A DNA stretch of 64,000 nucleotides from Candidatus Rokuibacteriota bacterium. GTDB taxonomy: Bacteria; Methylomirabilota; Methylomirabilia; Rokubacteriales; CSP1-6. The stretch lies in the NCBI GenBank assembly GCA_003220495.1, contig QHSP01000015.1, forward strand, positions 196,610-260,609, in the 5' to 3' direction. Within the stretch, counting starts at the first letter, position 1, and each line of letters opens with the position of its first letter. Shown here one piece after another: positions 39,019 to 48,791 of the stretch. The position numbers and the translations under genes are program-made. The notes below the pieces were generated by a model, which saw nothing but the letters and a program-made list of their open reading frames with translations, had not been told where the DNA came from and ran no database searches.

Positions 39019-39893
39019 GCGGCGCCGCCACGACCGGCGCCGCGATCCTGCCGCGCGGCGGCCGCGAGCGCCGCTGGCCGCCGGCGGTGCCGCTCGCGGT
39101 CGTGGCCGCGCTGGTCCTGTGCGCGCTCCTGGCGCCCGTGCTGGCGCCGCACTCGCCGGTCGAGGGATCGCTCGGCGAGCGGCTCGCGCCGCCGATCGGC
39201 CTCGAGGGCTCCAGGCCCGGCCACCTCCTCGGCACCGACCGTCACGGCCGCGACACCCTGAGCCGGCTGCTCTACGGCGCCCGGATCTCGCTGGCGGTCT
39301 CGGTCGTCGGCATCACCCTGACGGGCGCGGCGGGAAGTCTCATCGGTCTGCTCGCGGGGTTCTTCGGGGGCTGGGTCGACACCTTGCTCATGCGGCTGGC
39401 CGACATCTCGCTGTCGCTGCCGGGCATCCTGATCGCCGTGCTGCTGTCGGTGGTCTTCGAGCCATCGTTCACGAACGTGATCATCGTCGTAGTGTTCCTG
39501 CTGTGGCCGAGCTACGCCCGGCTCACCCGCGGCGAGACGCTCGGCATCAAGCAGCAGGAGTTCGTCGCGCTGGCGCGGGTCGCCGGCTGCTCGAGCACGA
39601 GGATCATGTTCCGCCACGTCGCGCCGAACCTGGCGCCGTCGATCCTCGTGCTCGCCACCTTGCACGTCGGCTACGTCATCGTGCTCGAGGCCGCGCTCTC
39701 GTTCCTGGGCGTCGGCATCCCGCCGCCCACGCCGTCGTGGGGCGTGATGGTGGCCGACGGTCGGGGCCTGATCGAGCAAGCGTGGTGGGTGTCGATCCTG
39801 CCGGGCATCGCGATCCTGGTCACGGTGCTCTCCCTGAACATCCTCGGCGACTGGGTTCGCGACCGTCTCGATCCCAAGCTCCGACAGGTCTGA
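39015..39893 (+). CDS. ABC transporter permease (DppC-like)
   Basis: LGTDRHGRD, EAALSFLG, PSWG, LDPK; ATGA overlap. Confidence 0.92.
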   Translation: MSGAATTGAAILPRGGRERRWPPAVPLAVVAALVLCALLAPVLAPHSPVEGSLGERLAPPIGLEGSRPGHLLGTDRHGRDTLSRLLYGARISLAVSVVGITLTGAAGSLIGLLAGFFGGWVDTLLMRLADISLSLPGILIAVLLSVVFEPSFTNVIIVVVFLLWPSYARLTRGETLGIKQQEFVALARVAGCSSTRIMFRHVAPNLAPSILVLATLHVGYVIVLEAALSFLGVGIPPPTPSWGVMVADGRGLIEQAWWVSILPGIAILVTVLSLNILGDWVRDRLDPKLRQV

Positions 39894-39900
39894 GCCGCCC

Positions 39901-41919
39901 ATGGCCGATCCGCTCCTGGAGGTGCGGGACCTCCGCACCTACATCTACACCCGTCGCGGCGTCGTGAAGGCGGTCGACGGCGCGACCTTCTCCGTGCGCC
40001 GCGGCGAGACGCTCGGAATCGTCGGCGAGTCGGGCTCGGGCAAGTCGATGACGTGTCTGTCGATCCTGCGCCTCGTGCCCGAGCCGGGCGGACGCATCGT
40101 CGGCGGCCAGATCCTCTTCGACGGGGAGAATCTGCTCGACAAGACCCCCGAGGAGATGCGCCGGCTGCGCGGCTCGCGCATCGCGATGATCCTGCAGGAT
40201 CCGATGGCCTCGCTCAACCCCGCGATGACCGTGGGCGAGCAGATCGCCGAGACGCTCTCGCTCCATCGCGGGCTGCGGGGCCGCGCCCTCGACGAGCGCG
40301 TGGTGGAGCTCCTGCGTCAGGTGCGGGTCAGCGACCCGGAGCGGCGCGTGCACGCCTATCCGCACCAGATGAGCGGCGGCATCCGCCAGCGCGTCGCCGG
40401 CGCCATCGCGATCTCCTGCCAGCCGAGCCTCCTGATCGCCGACGAGCCGACGACCTCGCTCGACGTCACGATCCAGTCGCAGTACCTGCGGCTCCTGAAG
40501 GAGATCCAGCGCGAGACGAATCTTGCCCTCGTCTTCGTCACGCACGACCTCGGCATCGTCGCCAAGCTCTGCGATCGCGTCGCGGTGATGTACGCCGGCC
40601 GCATCGTCGAGCTTGGAAAAACCCGCGACATCTTCAACCGCCCACGCCACCCGTATGCGGTCGGGCTCCTCGATTGCCTGCCGACCTTGCGCCGCGGGCG
40701 CGAGCCGCTGACCGCCATCGAGGGGCAGCCGCCGGATCTCGCGAACGTGCCGGCCGGCTGCAGCTTCGCGCCGCGCTGCCCGATGGCGCAGGCGCGGTGC
40801 ACCGAGACGCCGCCACCCCTGGAGCCGGTCGACGCCGAGCATCTGGTGGCCTGCCTTCGGGCCGGCGAGACGGCGACCCTGGGTCGCCGCGTGGTCGCGA
40901 TCTCCTCGGGCTCGCCAGCGGTGCTCGCCGGGGCGAACGGCGCCCGCGACATCGTTCTCGAGGCCCGCCAGCTCACCAAGCACTTTCCCCTGGCGCGTGG
41001 CACGATCCTGAGCCGGCGCTTCGGCACGGTGAAGGCGGTCGACGGTGTCGACTTCGTCCTGCGCCGCGGTGAGACGCTCGGCCTGGTCGGTGAGAGCGGG
41101 TGCGGGAAAACCACGACCGCCAGGCTCGTCCTGTCTCTCGAGCGGCCGACCGCGGGCGGCGTGTACTTCCACGGCCACGACATCCACGTGCTCGGCCGCC
41201 ACGCGCGGGGCAGCTATCGCCGAGCGGTGCAGGCCGTCTTCCAGGACCCGTTCAGCTCGCTGAACCCTCGGCTGACGATCCGCACCACGGTGAGCGAGCC
41301 CCTCACCCAGACCGAGCCCGATCTCACGCGCGCGGAGGTCGCGGAGCGTGTCGCCGCGTCGCTCACCCGCGTGGGGTTGAGGCCACGGATCGCCGACGAT
41401 TATCCCCACGAGCTCTCGGGAGGCCAGCGCCAGCGCGTCGCGATCGCGCGCGCGCTGAGCACGAATCCGGAGTGCATCCTGCTGGACGAGGCGGTCTCGG
41501 CGCTCGACGTCTCGATCCGCGCCCAGGTGATGAACCTCCTGCGCGAGATCCAGGATCGCTCGGGCGTGAGCTATCTCTTCATCGCTCACGATCTCGCCGT
41601 CGTGAAGTACGTCAGCACGCGGATTGGCGTGATGTACCTCGGCAAGCTCGTCGAGACCGCAGCCGCCGACGAGCTCTACGCGAACCCGCTCCATCCGTAC
41701 ACGCAAATCTTATTGAACAACGCGCTGCCCGCGCATCCCGACGACGCGCGCGACGAGGTCATCCTCAAGGGCGAGGTGCCGAGCGCCTTCAATCCTCCGT
41801 CGGGCTGTCGCTTCCATCCGCGCTGCCCGCAGGCGCTGCCGGTCTGCGGCGAGGTCGAGCCGACCTTACGCGACCAGGCGAGGGGCCACCAGGTCGCGTG
41901 TCATCTCTACGGAGCCTGA
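39901..41919 (+). CDS. Fused double ABC ATPase (DppD-DppF-like)
   Basis: Two Walker A ([17 protein letters not shown]), two SGG signatures, two HPY/Cys-rich C-terminal domains. Confidence 0.93.
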   Translation: MADPLLEVRDLRTYIYTRRGVVKAVDGATFSVRRGETLGIVGESGSGKSMTCLSILRLVPEPGGRIVGGQILFDGENLLDKTPEEMRRLRGSRIAMILQDPMASLNPAMTVGEQIAETLSLHRGLRGRALDERVVELLRQVRVSDPERRVHAYPHQMSGGIRQRVAGAIAISCQPSLLIADEPTTSLDVTIQSQYLRLLKEIQRETNLALVFVTHDLGIVAKLCDRVAVMYAGRIVELGKTRDIFNRPRHPYAVGLLDCLPTLRRGREPLTAIEGQPPDLANVPAGCSFAPRCPMAQARCTETPPPLEPVDAEHLVACLRAGETATLGRRVVAISSGSPAVLAGANGARDIVLEARQLTKHFPLARGTILSRRFGTVKAVDGVDFVLRRGETLGLVGESGCGKTTTARLVLSLERPTAGGVYFHGHDIHVLGRHARGSYRRAVQAVFQDPFSSLNPRLTIRTTVSEPLTQTEPDLTRAEVAERVAASLTRVGLRPRIADDYPHELSGGQRQRVAIARALSTNPECILLDEAVSALDVSIRAQVMNLLREIQDRSGVSYLFIAHDLAVVKYVSTRIGVMYLGKLVETAAADELYANPLHPYTQILLNNALPAHPDDARDEVILKGEVPSAFNPPSGCRFHPRCPQALPVCGEVEPTLRDQARGHQVACHLYGA

Positions 41920-41953
41920 GAAGCCGCCCACGCCTCAGGCAATTCACCCGGGT

Positions 41954-42049
41954 GGGATTCGCGAGAATCTCGGCGAGGCGGCGCGCAAACGTCGTTTTCC
42001 CGGAGCAGCTGGTTCCGACCACCACGACGCGGTTGAGGTCAGGCGGCAT
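41954..42049 (-). pseudogene. Truncated P-loop kinase (adenylate kinase/topology modulation protein-like) N-terminal remnant
   Basis: RVVVVGTSCSGKTTFARRLAEIL; the frame then runs into the antisense of the ATPase 3' end. Confidence 0.55.
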
Positions 42050-42061
42050 GGCAGGACCACT

Positions 42062-43273
42062 TCATCGCCCGCTAACGGAGGCGCGCGACGGTGCATCGAT
42101 GAGCCAGGCCACGGGAGCCTCGACGTACGAACGGTCGAGCTCGGCGACCGACGAACAGCCCAGCAGCCTGAGCGTGCGGACCAGGTCGGCGCGCAGGATC
42201 TGGATCGCTCGCGTCACGCCGGCTTCGCCGCCCGCGCCGAGCCCGTACGCGTAGGCACGACCGCAGAGCACCGCCCGCGCGCCGAGACACAGCGCCTTCA
42301 CGATGTCGCTGCCACGGCGAATGCCGCCATCCAGCAGGACCTCGATCCGACCGTTCACCGCGCCGACGACTTCCGGCAGCGCCCGCAAGGTGGCGGAGAC
42401 GCCGTCGAGCTGGCGGCCGCCGTGATTGGACACCACGATCGCTTCGGCGCCCTCGTCGACGGCCCGGCGCGCGTCGTCACCGGTCAGCACCCCTTTGATG
42501 ACGATCGGGCCTTTCCAGGCCTCGCGGATCCAGCGCAGATCCGCCCAGGAGACCGTCGACTGCTCGAGCGCGGCGGCGACGTCGGCGTACGGCATCGGCC
42601 CCCGGCCGGGCAGCATGACGTTGGGAAACGACATCAGACCGCCGTCGCGGAGGAATCCCGCCAGCCAGCGGGGCCGCATCAGGAACTGACGAAGGAATGG
42701 GAGCTTCGACGTGATGCTCGAGCCCAGGAGCTCCTTCGTGCCGTTTCGGACGTCACGCTCGCGCAATCCCGAGACGGCGGTATCGATGGTGACCGCAAGC
42801 GCTGAATAGCCGGCGGTTCGCGCCCGCGCGATGGTGGCGCTGGCGACGTCGCGGCCGCCGACCAGGTAGAGCTGGTACCAGACGGGTCCGCGCGACGCCG
42901 CCTTCACGTCCTCCAGCCTGCACCCCGACAGGGTCGACAGAATGTACGCCGTCCCGGCGGCTCCGGCGGCGCGAGCGGCCGCTTCTTCGCCGCGGGGGTA
43001 GAACATCCGGCTGCTCCCGACCGGGGCGAGCAGGAAGGGGAGGTCCAGGCGCTTTCCGAGGACCGTGACGTGCAGATCGCACTGCGGGATCGCGACCGCG
43101 TTGCGAGGACGCAGGATCACGTCCTCGAAGACGCGGCAGTTCTCTCGCAGGGTGAATTCCGCGTCGGCGCCCCCGTCGATGTAGTCGAACACCGCGCGCG
43201 GCAGGCGCCGCTCGGCCATGAGTCGGAGGTCGGCGATGTTCACGACGCGAGGAGAGTCGACCGCTCGCGACAC
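42062..43273 (-). CDS. FMN-dependent alpha-hydroxy acid oxidase/dehydrogenase (LldD/MdlB family)
   Basis: FDYIDGGA, WYQLY, RERD, KG, SNHGGRQLD, DGGIRRGSD. Confidence 0.93.
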   Translation of the reverse strand: MSRAVDSPRVVNIADLRLMAERRLPRAVFDYIDGGADAEFTLRENCRVFEDVILRPRNAVAIPQCDLHVTVLGKRLDLPFLLAPVGSSRMFYPRGEEAAARAAGAAGTAYILSTLSGCRLEDVKAASRGPVWYQLYLVGGRDVASATIARARTAGYSALAVTIDTAVSGLRERDVRNGTKELLGSSITSKLPFLRQFLMRPRWLAGFLRDGGLMSFPNVMLPGRGPMPYADVAAALEQSTVSWADLRWIREAWKGPIVIKGVLTGDDARRAVDEGAEAIVVSNHGGRQLDGVSATLRALPEVVGAVNGRIEVLLDGGIRRGSDIVKALCLGARAVLCGRAYAYGLGAGGEAGVTRAIQILRADLVRTLRLLGCSSVAELDRSYVEAPVAWLIDAPSRASVSGR

Positions 43274-43297
43274 GGACCGCGGGATCCTATCTCACGC

Positions 43298-43540
43298 TCA
43301 GAAGAGGTACCGCGACCACCGCACCAGCAGGTACACGAGCAGCGCGAACAAGATTGCGACCAGCCCGCCGCCGACAACCAGAAGTCGCCGGTAGATGTAC
43401 GCCATCTGCTCTTGTCGAGCGACGGCGCGTTGCTGAAGGTCGAGCGAGCGCTCGGTCACCCGCCGGTACTCGGCGAGATGCTCGCGCTGCGTGTCGCGGA
43501 TCTCTCGCAAGAGCACTCGGACTTCGCCCTCACTGGTCAT
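43298..43540 (-). CDS. Small hypothetical protein with coiled coil and C-terminal TM helix
   Basis: ATGA overlap with upstream Mo-subunit stop; plausible amphipathic then hydrophobic sequence. Confidence 0.6.
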   Translation of the reverse strand: MTSEGEVRVLLREIRDTQREHLAEYRRVTERSLDLQQRAVARQEQMAYIYRRLLVVGGGLVAILFALLVYLLVRWSRYLF

Positions 43541-45846
43541 ATCCCCGCCGGTACCCGCGGGGGCGGCCCAGCGCCGGGGCGCGTCTGGGCCCGACCGACG
43601 CTCATGAACACGCGTGCCGGTGTCAGGGGAAGCGTCGTGATCGACGGGTCGTGTGGCGCCAGCGCGTCACACACGGCGTTGGCGGTCGCGGCGCCGAGTC
43701 CCGGATTGCCGCACTCGCCGAGGCCGCGCAGACCGAGTGGGTTGGTGGTGGCACGCACCTCCTGGTAGAAGCTGTCGACGGGTGGGATGTCGGCCGCCGC
43801 GGGGAGTGCGTAGTCCATCAGGGTCGACGAGAGCAGCTGGCCGTCGGCGTCGTAGACCAGGCTCTCGTGCATCGTGTTGCCGATGCCGAAGGCGACGCCG
43901 CCCACCAGCTGGCCGTCGACCAGCGCGGGATTCACGGCTCGGCCGACGTCGGCGCCGACCACGACCCGGCGTAAGGCGACTGCACCGGTCTCGGGATCGA
44001 CGTCGGCCACGACCGCCGCGGCGCAACCCGCGTAGGTCACCTTCGGTACCTCGAACGAGGCGCCCGCGGCCAACCGCCGCTCGCGCGCCAGCTCGGCCAG
44101 GGTGACGCGCCGGCCGCCGGCGGTCAACACACCGCTCGCGTACGTCACCTCCGTCTCCGGAACGCCCAGCCTCTCGGCCGCGCGCTGGCGCGCCTCGGCG
44201 ATCAACTTGACGGCCGCGAGGTGGGCGGCGTTGCCGGCGGTGACCGTCCCGCGCGAGCCGTAGGTTCCGACGCCGCTCTCGACCGCCGCCGTATCCGCGT
44301 GCCGCACGTCGAAACCTGAGGCGGGGAGCCCGAGAGCTTCCCCCAGGATCTGAGCCAGGACGGTCTCGAGCCCCGGGCCCATCGACGAGGCGCCCGTATC
44401 GACCGTGAGGCGGCCGTCGGGGCGTGCCTCCACCTGGGTCGTCTCGAAGGGGCCGAGGCCGGTCTTCTCGACGTAGACCGCGAGGCCGATCCCGCGCCGC
44501 GACCCCGACGGCAGCGAGTTCATCGCGACCTGCTCGGCTCGAGCCCGGGGGTAGTCCAGACGCCGCAGCAGCTCGTCGAAGAGCGCGGGGAAGTCGCCGG
44601 AGTCGTAGACCGTGCTCACGCCGAACGACTTGGTGCCGCACTCGTAGGGCATCTCGTCCGCGCGGATCAAATTGCGCCGGCGGATCTCGGCCGCGTCGAT
44701 GCCGAGCTTCGCAGCCGCCTGATCCAAAAGTCGCTCGCGGACGAAGTTGCACTCCGGGCGCCCGGGCGAGCGCAGGGTGCCGGCCGGCGTCTTGTTGGTC
44801 ACGACCGACCAGAGATCGCACGCGTAGCGCGGCACCCGATAGGGACCGGGAAGCAGCGCGGCGCCGAACTCGGCGGGCACCAGCGCGGCCGTGCGGACGT
44901 AGGCGCCGATGTCGGCGTGAATGACCGCGCGCATCGCCAGGATGCGGCCGTCGCGGTCGAAGCCGATCTCGATCTCGTACGCGACCTCGCGCGCGTGGTT
45001 GGCCGCCATGAGGTTCTCGCGCCGGCTCTCGATCCACTTCACGGGCCGCCCGAGCTTCAGGGCGGCGAGCGGCACCAGGATGTCCTCGGGGTAGAGCTCA
45101 CCGCGCACTCCGAAGCCACCGCCCACGTCGACCTCGGTGAGCCGCAGCGCGCCCAGCGGGATGCCGAAGATCGGCGCGAGGATCGTCCGGTTGATGTGAA
45201 TGCACTTGGTGGAGCCGATCAGATGGAGCTCGCCGCCGCGCGGATCGGGCGGCACGACGACGAGACCGCGCGTCTCCAGCGCCGCCGCGGTCTGCCGCGG
45301 GTAGGTGAAGCGCTCACGCAGTCTCAGGTGAGCCCCGGCGAGCGCCTGGTCGGCGTCGCCCACGCGCATGGTGATCGTCGCGACGTTGTTCGAGTCCGTG
45401 GACTGAAAGAGCCGCGCGGCCCCGGCGGCGAGCGCCTCGGTGGTCGAGGCACACGCGGCCAGCGGCTGATAGACGACGTCGATCCGGTCGAGTGCGTCGC
45501 GTGCGATGTACGGATCGTCGGCGACGACGAGCGCGACGGGCTCGCCCACGAAGCGGACGACGTCGCGCGCGATCGCCGGCTGAAGATAGCGGTCGGTGCC
45601 CTTGGGGGCGGGGACACGATTCGGGATGATCGCCGCCGCCGGCACGTCGGCCGCGGTCAGCACGGCGTGGACGCCGGGGAGGTCTCGCGCGCGCTTCGTG
45701 TCGATCGACACCAGCCGCGCGTGCGCGTGCGGCGAGCGAAGCACCGCGGCGTGCAGCATACCTGGCACGCGTACGTCGTCGACGAATCGACCCGTGCCCG
45801 CGACGAACCGCTCGCCGCCGAGCCGGGGATGAGCTTCACCGATCAT
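43537..45846 (-). CDS. Xanthine dehydrogenase/CoxL-family molybdopterin-binding subunit
   Basis: RSPHAHA, DVGGGFG, TLRSPGRP, GTYGSR, RGLGE. Confidence 0.9.
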   Translation of the reverse strand: MIGEAHPRLGGERFVAGTGRFVDDVRVPGMLHAAVLRSPHAHARLVSIDTKRARDLPGVHAVLTAADVPAAAIIPNRVPAPKGTDRYLQPAIARDVVRFVGEPVALVVADDPYIARDALDRIDVVYQPLAACASTTEALAAGAARLFQSTDSNNVATITMRVGDADQALAGAHLRLRERFTYPRQTAAALETRGLVVVPPDPRGGELHLIGSTKCIHINRTILAPIFGIPLGALRLTEVDVGGGFGVRGELYPEDILVPLAALKLGRPVKWIESRRENLMAANHAREVAYEIEIGFDRDGRILAMRAVIHADIGAYVRTAALVPAEFGAALLPGPYRVPRYACDLWSVVTNKTPAGTLRSPGRPECNFVRERLLDQAAAKLGIDAAEIRRRNLIRADEMPYECGTKSFGVSTVYDSGDFPALFDELLRRLDYPRARAEQVAMNSLPSGSRRGIGLAVYVEKTGLGPFETTQVEARPDGRLTVDTGASSMGPGLETVLAQILGEALGLPASGFDVRHADTAAVESGVGTYGSRGTVTAGNAAHLAAVKLIAEARQRAAERLGVPETEVTYASGVLTAGGRRVTLAELARERRLAAGASFEVPKVTYAGCAAAVVADVDPETGAVALRRVVVGADVGRAVNPALVDGQLVGGVAFGIGNTMHESLVYDADGQLLSSTLMDYALPAAADIPPVDSFYQEVRATTNPLGLRGLGECGNPGLGAATANAVCDALAPHDPSITTLPLTPARVFMSVGRAQTRPGAGPPPRVPAGI

Positions 45847-45902
45847 CGCGACATCCTAGCACTGTGGCCCCGCCATGGCACCGTATGGCACAGTGAGAGA
45901 CG

Positions 45903-46952
45903 ATGAAGGCGATGATCCTTCCAGAGTTCGGAGCCCCGCTCCGACTCGCGACCGTCCCCGTGCCCAAGATCGGGCCCAACGACGTCCTGTTGCGCGTGCG
46001 CGCGACCGGTGTCGGGCTCACCGTCGTGATCATGACCAGGGTCCCCGGCCGCGTGACGTCGTTTCCGCGCATTCCCGGACACGAGGTCGCGGGCGAGGTC
46101 GTCGAGCTCGGCGCCGAGGTCGCTCAGGTCAAGGTCGGCGATCGGGTCACGTGTCATTTCTATCTGACGTGCGGCGTCTGCCACTTCTGCCGGAGCGGGC
46201 GCGAGACCCTGTGTCCGGCCTCGCCCGGCAACGTGGGCATGGCGTGCGACGGCGCCTACGCGGAGTACATGGCGCTCCCGGCCCGCAACGTCGTGGCCAT
46301 CCCACGAGGCGTGAGCGACCTCGACGCCGCGATCGCCGCGGACGCGATCGCGACGCCGTACCACGCATGTCGCGAAGAGGCGCGGATCGGCCCCGGAGAT
46401 CTCGTGCTGATCGTGGGCGCCGGCGGCGGGGTCGGCATCCACGCCGTGCAGATGGCCAAGCTCTCGGGCGGCTGGGTGCTGGCCGCCGACATCACCGACG
46501 ACAAGCTCGCCGCCGCGAAGGACAGCGGCGCCGACGAGCTGATCGACGTTCGCCGGGGCGATCTCGTCACGCAGGTGGCGAAGGTGACCGGCGGGAGAGG
46601 TGTTGACGCGGCCATCGACTTCGTGGGGTCGCGGGAGACGCTCGACGGCTCGCTCAGGTCACTGGCGCGCGCGGGCCGCCTCGTGATCATCGGCAGCCGG
46701 CCCACGGCCGCCTTCGGTGTGGATTCGAGCTTCACGGTCGACCCGCGCCACGTGCTCGGCTCGATGCTCGAGATCCACGGCTCGCGCTACGTCACCCTGA
46801 CCGAGATCGCGCAGACGCTCGAGCTCCTGCGCCAGCGGCGCATCCGCGCGATCGTCAGCCGGACGTTCCCGCTCGAGGGCGCAGAAGAGGCGCACGAGCT
46901 CCTCCGGCAGAACGCGCTGGTCGGCCGCGCCGCGCTCATCCTGGCGTCCTGA
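45903..46952 (+). CDS. Zinc-binding alcohol dehydrogenase (MDR) family protein
   Basis: GHEVAG, structural Zn CGVCHFC...C, GAGGGVG. Confidence 0.9.
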   Translation: MKAMILPEFGAPLRLATVPVPKIGPNDVLLRVRATGVGLTVVIMTRVPGRVTSFPRIPGHEVAGEVVELGAEVAQVKVGDRVTCHFYLTCGVCHFCRSGRETLCPASPGNVGMACDGAYAEYMALPARNVVAIPRGVSDLDAAIAADAIATPYHACREEARIGPGDLVLIVGAGGGVGIHAVQMAKLSGGWVLAADITDDKLAAAKDSGADELIDVRRGDLVTQVAKVTGGRGVDAAIDFVGSRETLDGSLRSLARAGRLVIIGSRPTAAFGVDSSFTVDPRHVLGSMLEIHGSRYVTLTEIAQTLELLRQRRIRAIVSRTFPLEGAEEAHELLRQNALVGRAALILAS

Positions 46953-46958
46953 AGCGAT

Positions 46959-47000
46959 TCTCGCGCGCCGCGCGGCGCTGAGTCGCGCCGACGCGCGAGA
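46959..47000. terminator. Hairpin between convergent genes (possible terminator)
   Basis: tctcgcgcg...cgcgcgaga arms with inner cggcgc/gcgccg; no U-tract. Confidence 0.3.
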
Positions 47001-47005
47001 CGACC

Positions 47006-48562
47006 TTACCGCGCGCCGAGGAACGTCTTGGCCTTCGCGATCTCCGGCCGCGAGGTGTCAGCCTTGCCGGCCAGCGCGACGAGCTTTTCGTAGTAGCCGA
47101 CGGCCTTCTGTCGATCGCCGGCCACCTCGGCAGCGCGCGCGGAACCGTAGAGGCCGCGATAGCGGTTCGGATTCTCCTTCAGCGCGGCTTCGAACTCGCG
47201 GAGTGCGGCCGAAGCCTGCCCCTGTTGCAGGAGAAGCTCGCCGAGCAGCTCGCGCATCGGGTAGAGCCGGTTCTCCATCGCGACGTGCTTGACGCTGCCG
47301 TCCTCGCCATCGGCGGCGGCGCGCATCAGCTTCAGGGCCTCATCGCGCTTCCCCTCGGCGTAGGCCACCCAGGCGGAGACGGCGAGCATCTGCTCCTCGG
47401 TCCGGTCGGCCCAGTAGCCCTGGCTCGATTTCTCGAGCGCCGTGCGGAGCTCCTGCATCGCCTGGATCTCTCGCGTTGCGCCCGCCAGGTCACCGCTCCG
47501 CGCCATGCCGAGCCCGCGGGTGAAGCGGACGAGGGAGTCGGCCTGCTGCCGCCCGGTGTCCACGACCGGGAGCGCGGCGGCGCCCGCCCAGTCGCCCCGC
47601 TCGAGCGCGTAGCGCGCCGGAACGACCGCCACCGCGGTGAAGCCGGCGATGTTCGGGTAGTCCTGCCGCGGCAGCGCGGTGATCGTGTCGACAAGCGTCT
47701 TGGCCCTGGCGTCCTGCGCGAGCTGCAGATGCGCGTACACCATGAAGTCGGTCGCGTGATAGTAGTCGGGCTGGATCTCGAGCGCCGAGCGGTTCGAGGC
47801 GATCGAGTCCTCCCACATCCCCACCATCGAGTAGATGTGCGAGGGCATGTGGCGGGCGTGGGGTGCGGCCGGGGCGATGCGCCCGTACGCGACGGCGATC
47901 TTGATGCCCTTGTCGGCGAGCGGCGGATAGTCGTAGGCGTGAACCAGGTAGTGCGCCACGCCGGGATGGTCGGGGTTCTGCTTGAACAGGCGCTCCAGGA
48001 TCTCCGCCGACTTGAGCTGATTCGCGTAGGTCTTGTCGTTCTTCGGCGCGGATGCCTGCAGAGTCAGCGCGTAGTACGTCCAGGCCTCGAAATCGTCGGG
48101 ATAGCGCTGCGTCATCTGCTCCATCGCCTTGGTGTAGGCCGCCATTCGAGCGTTCACCGGCGCCTTGTCGTAGTCGCGGTAGTAGGCGCCGATCGCCTCG
48201 ATCCAGTCCCGTTCGCGCTGGGTCTTCGGCCCGATCGCCCGCGCTCGGTCGAGCGCCTCGGCCGCCGCCGCGGCGTCCTTGGGCGACGGGACCGCCGCCA
48301 GCGAGTTTCCGAGGTAGTTGACGGCCAGCCCCCAGTAGGCCATGGCGCACTTCGGATCCTGCGCGATGACGGCATCGAACACCTTGCGCGCTTCCGTGAA
48401 CCAGTACGAGTGCAGCATCGCCACGCCGCGCTCGAACTGCGCCTGGGCTTTGGCGTCGCAGGACGTCGGGAACGTGACCTTTCCCAGCTTTTCCTGGGCG
48501 AGCCCCGGGACCGTGAGCGCGACGACGACGAGGAGAACGATCGAAGCCAGCGCGGTCTTCAT
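47006..48562 (-). CDS. Exported TPR-like helical repeat protein
   Basis: Signal peptide, LGKVTFPTSC, HPGVAHYLVHAYD, HARHMPSHI; GGAGGG RBS. Confidence 0.8.
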   Translation of the reverse strand: MKTALASIVLLVVVALTVPGLAQEKLGKVTFPTSCDAKAQAQFERGVAMLHSYWFTEARKVFDAVIAQDPKCAMAYWGLAVNYLGNSLAAVPSPKDAAAAAEALDRARAIGPKTQRERDWIEAIGAYYRDYDKAPVNARMAAYTKAMEQMTQRYPDDFEAWTYYALTLQASAPKNDKTYANQLKSAEILERLFKQNPDHPGVAHYLVHAYDYPPLADKGIKIAVAYGRIAPAAPHARHMPSHIYSMVGMWEDSIASNRSALEIQPDYYHATDFMVYAHLQLAQDARAKTLVDTITALPRQDYPNIAGFTAVAVVPARYALERGDWAGAAALPVVDTGRQQADSLVRFTRGLGMARSGDLAGATREIQAMQELRTALEKSSQGYWADRTEEQMLAVSAWVAYAEGKRDEALKLMRAAADGEDGSVKHVAMENRLYPMRELLGELLLQQGQASAALREFEAALKENPNRYRGLYGSARAAEVAGDRQKAVGYYEKLVALAGKADTSRPEIAKAKTFLGAR

Positions 48563-48791
48563 AGACCCTCCTTGCCTCACTTGTGCGCCTGCCGCCCGAC
48601 CATACTGGATTCCTCGAGCGGTGCGAGCCGTGCCGATCCTCCTGCGCGGTGAATCGATCGGCGTGTGGGCGGGCATCGAGGAGCTGGTGGCGTAGTCTCT
48701 CTCATCCGGCGCGCGCCGCCGCTGCCGCGACTAAAGCTGCCGGCGGACTGAGCCACGACCAGTGAGGCGAGTCCCCGCGCGGAACGCCCGC

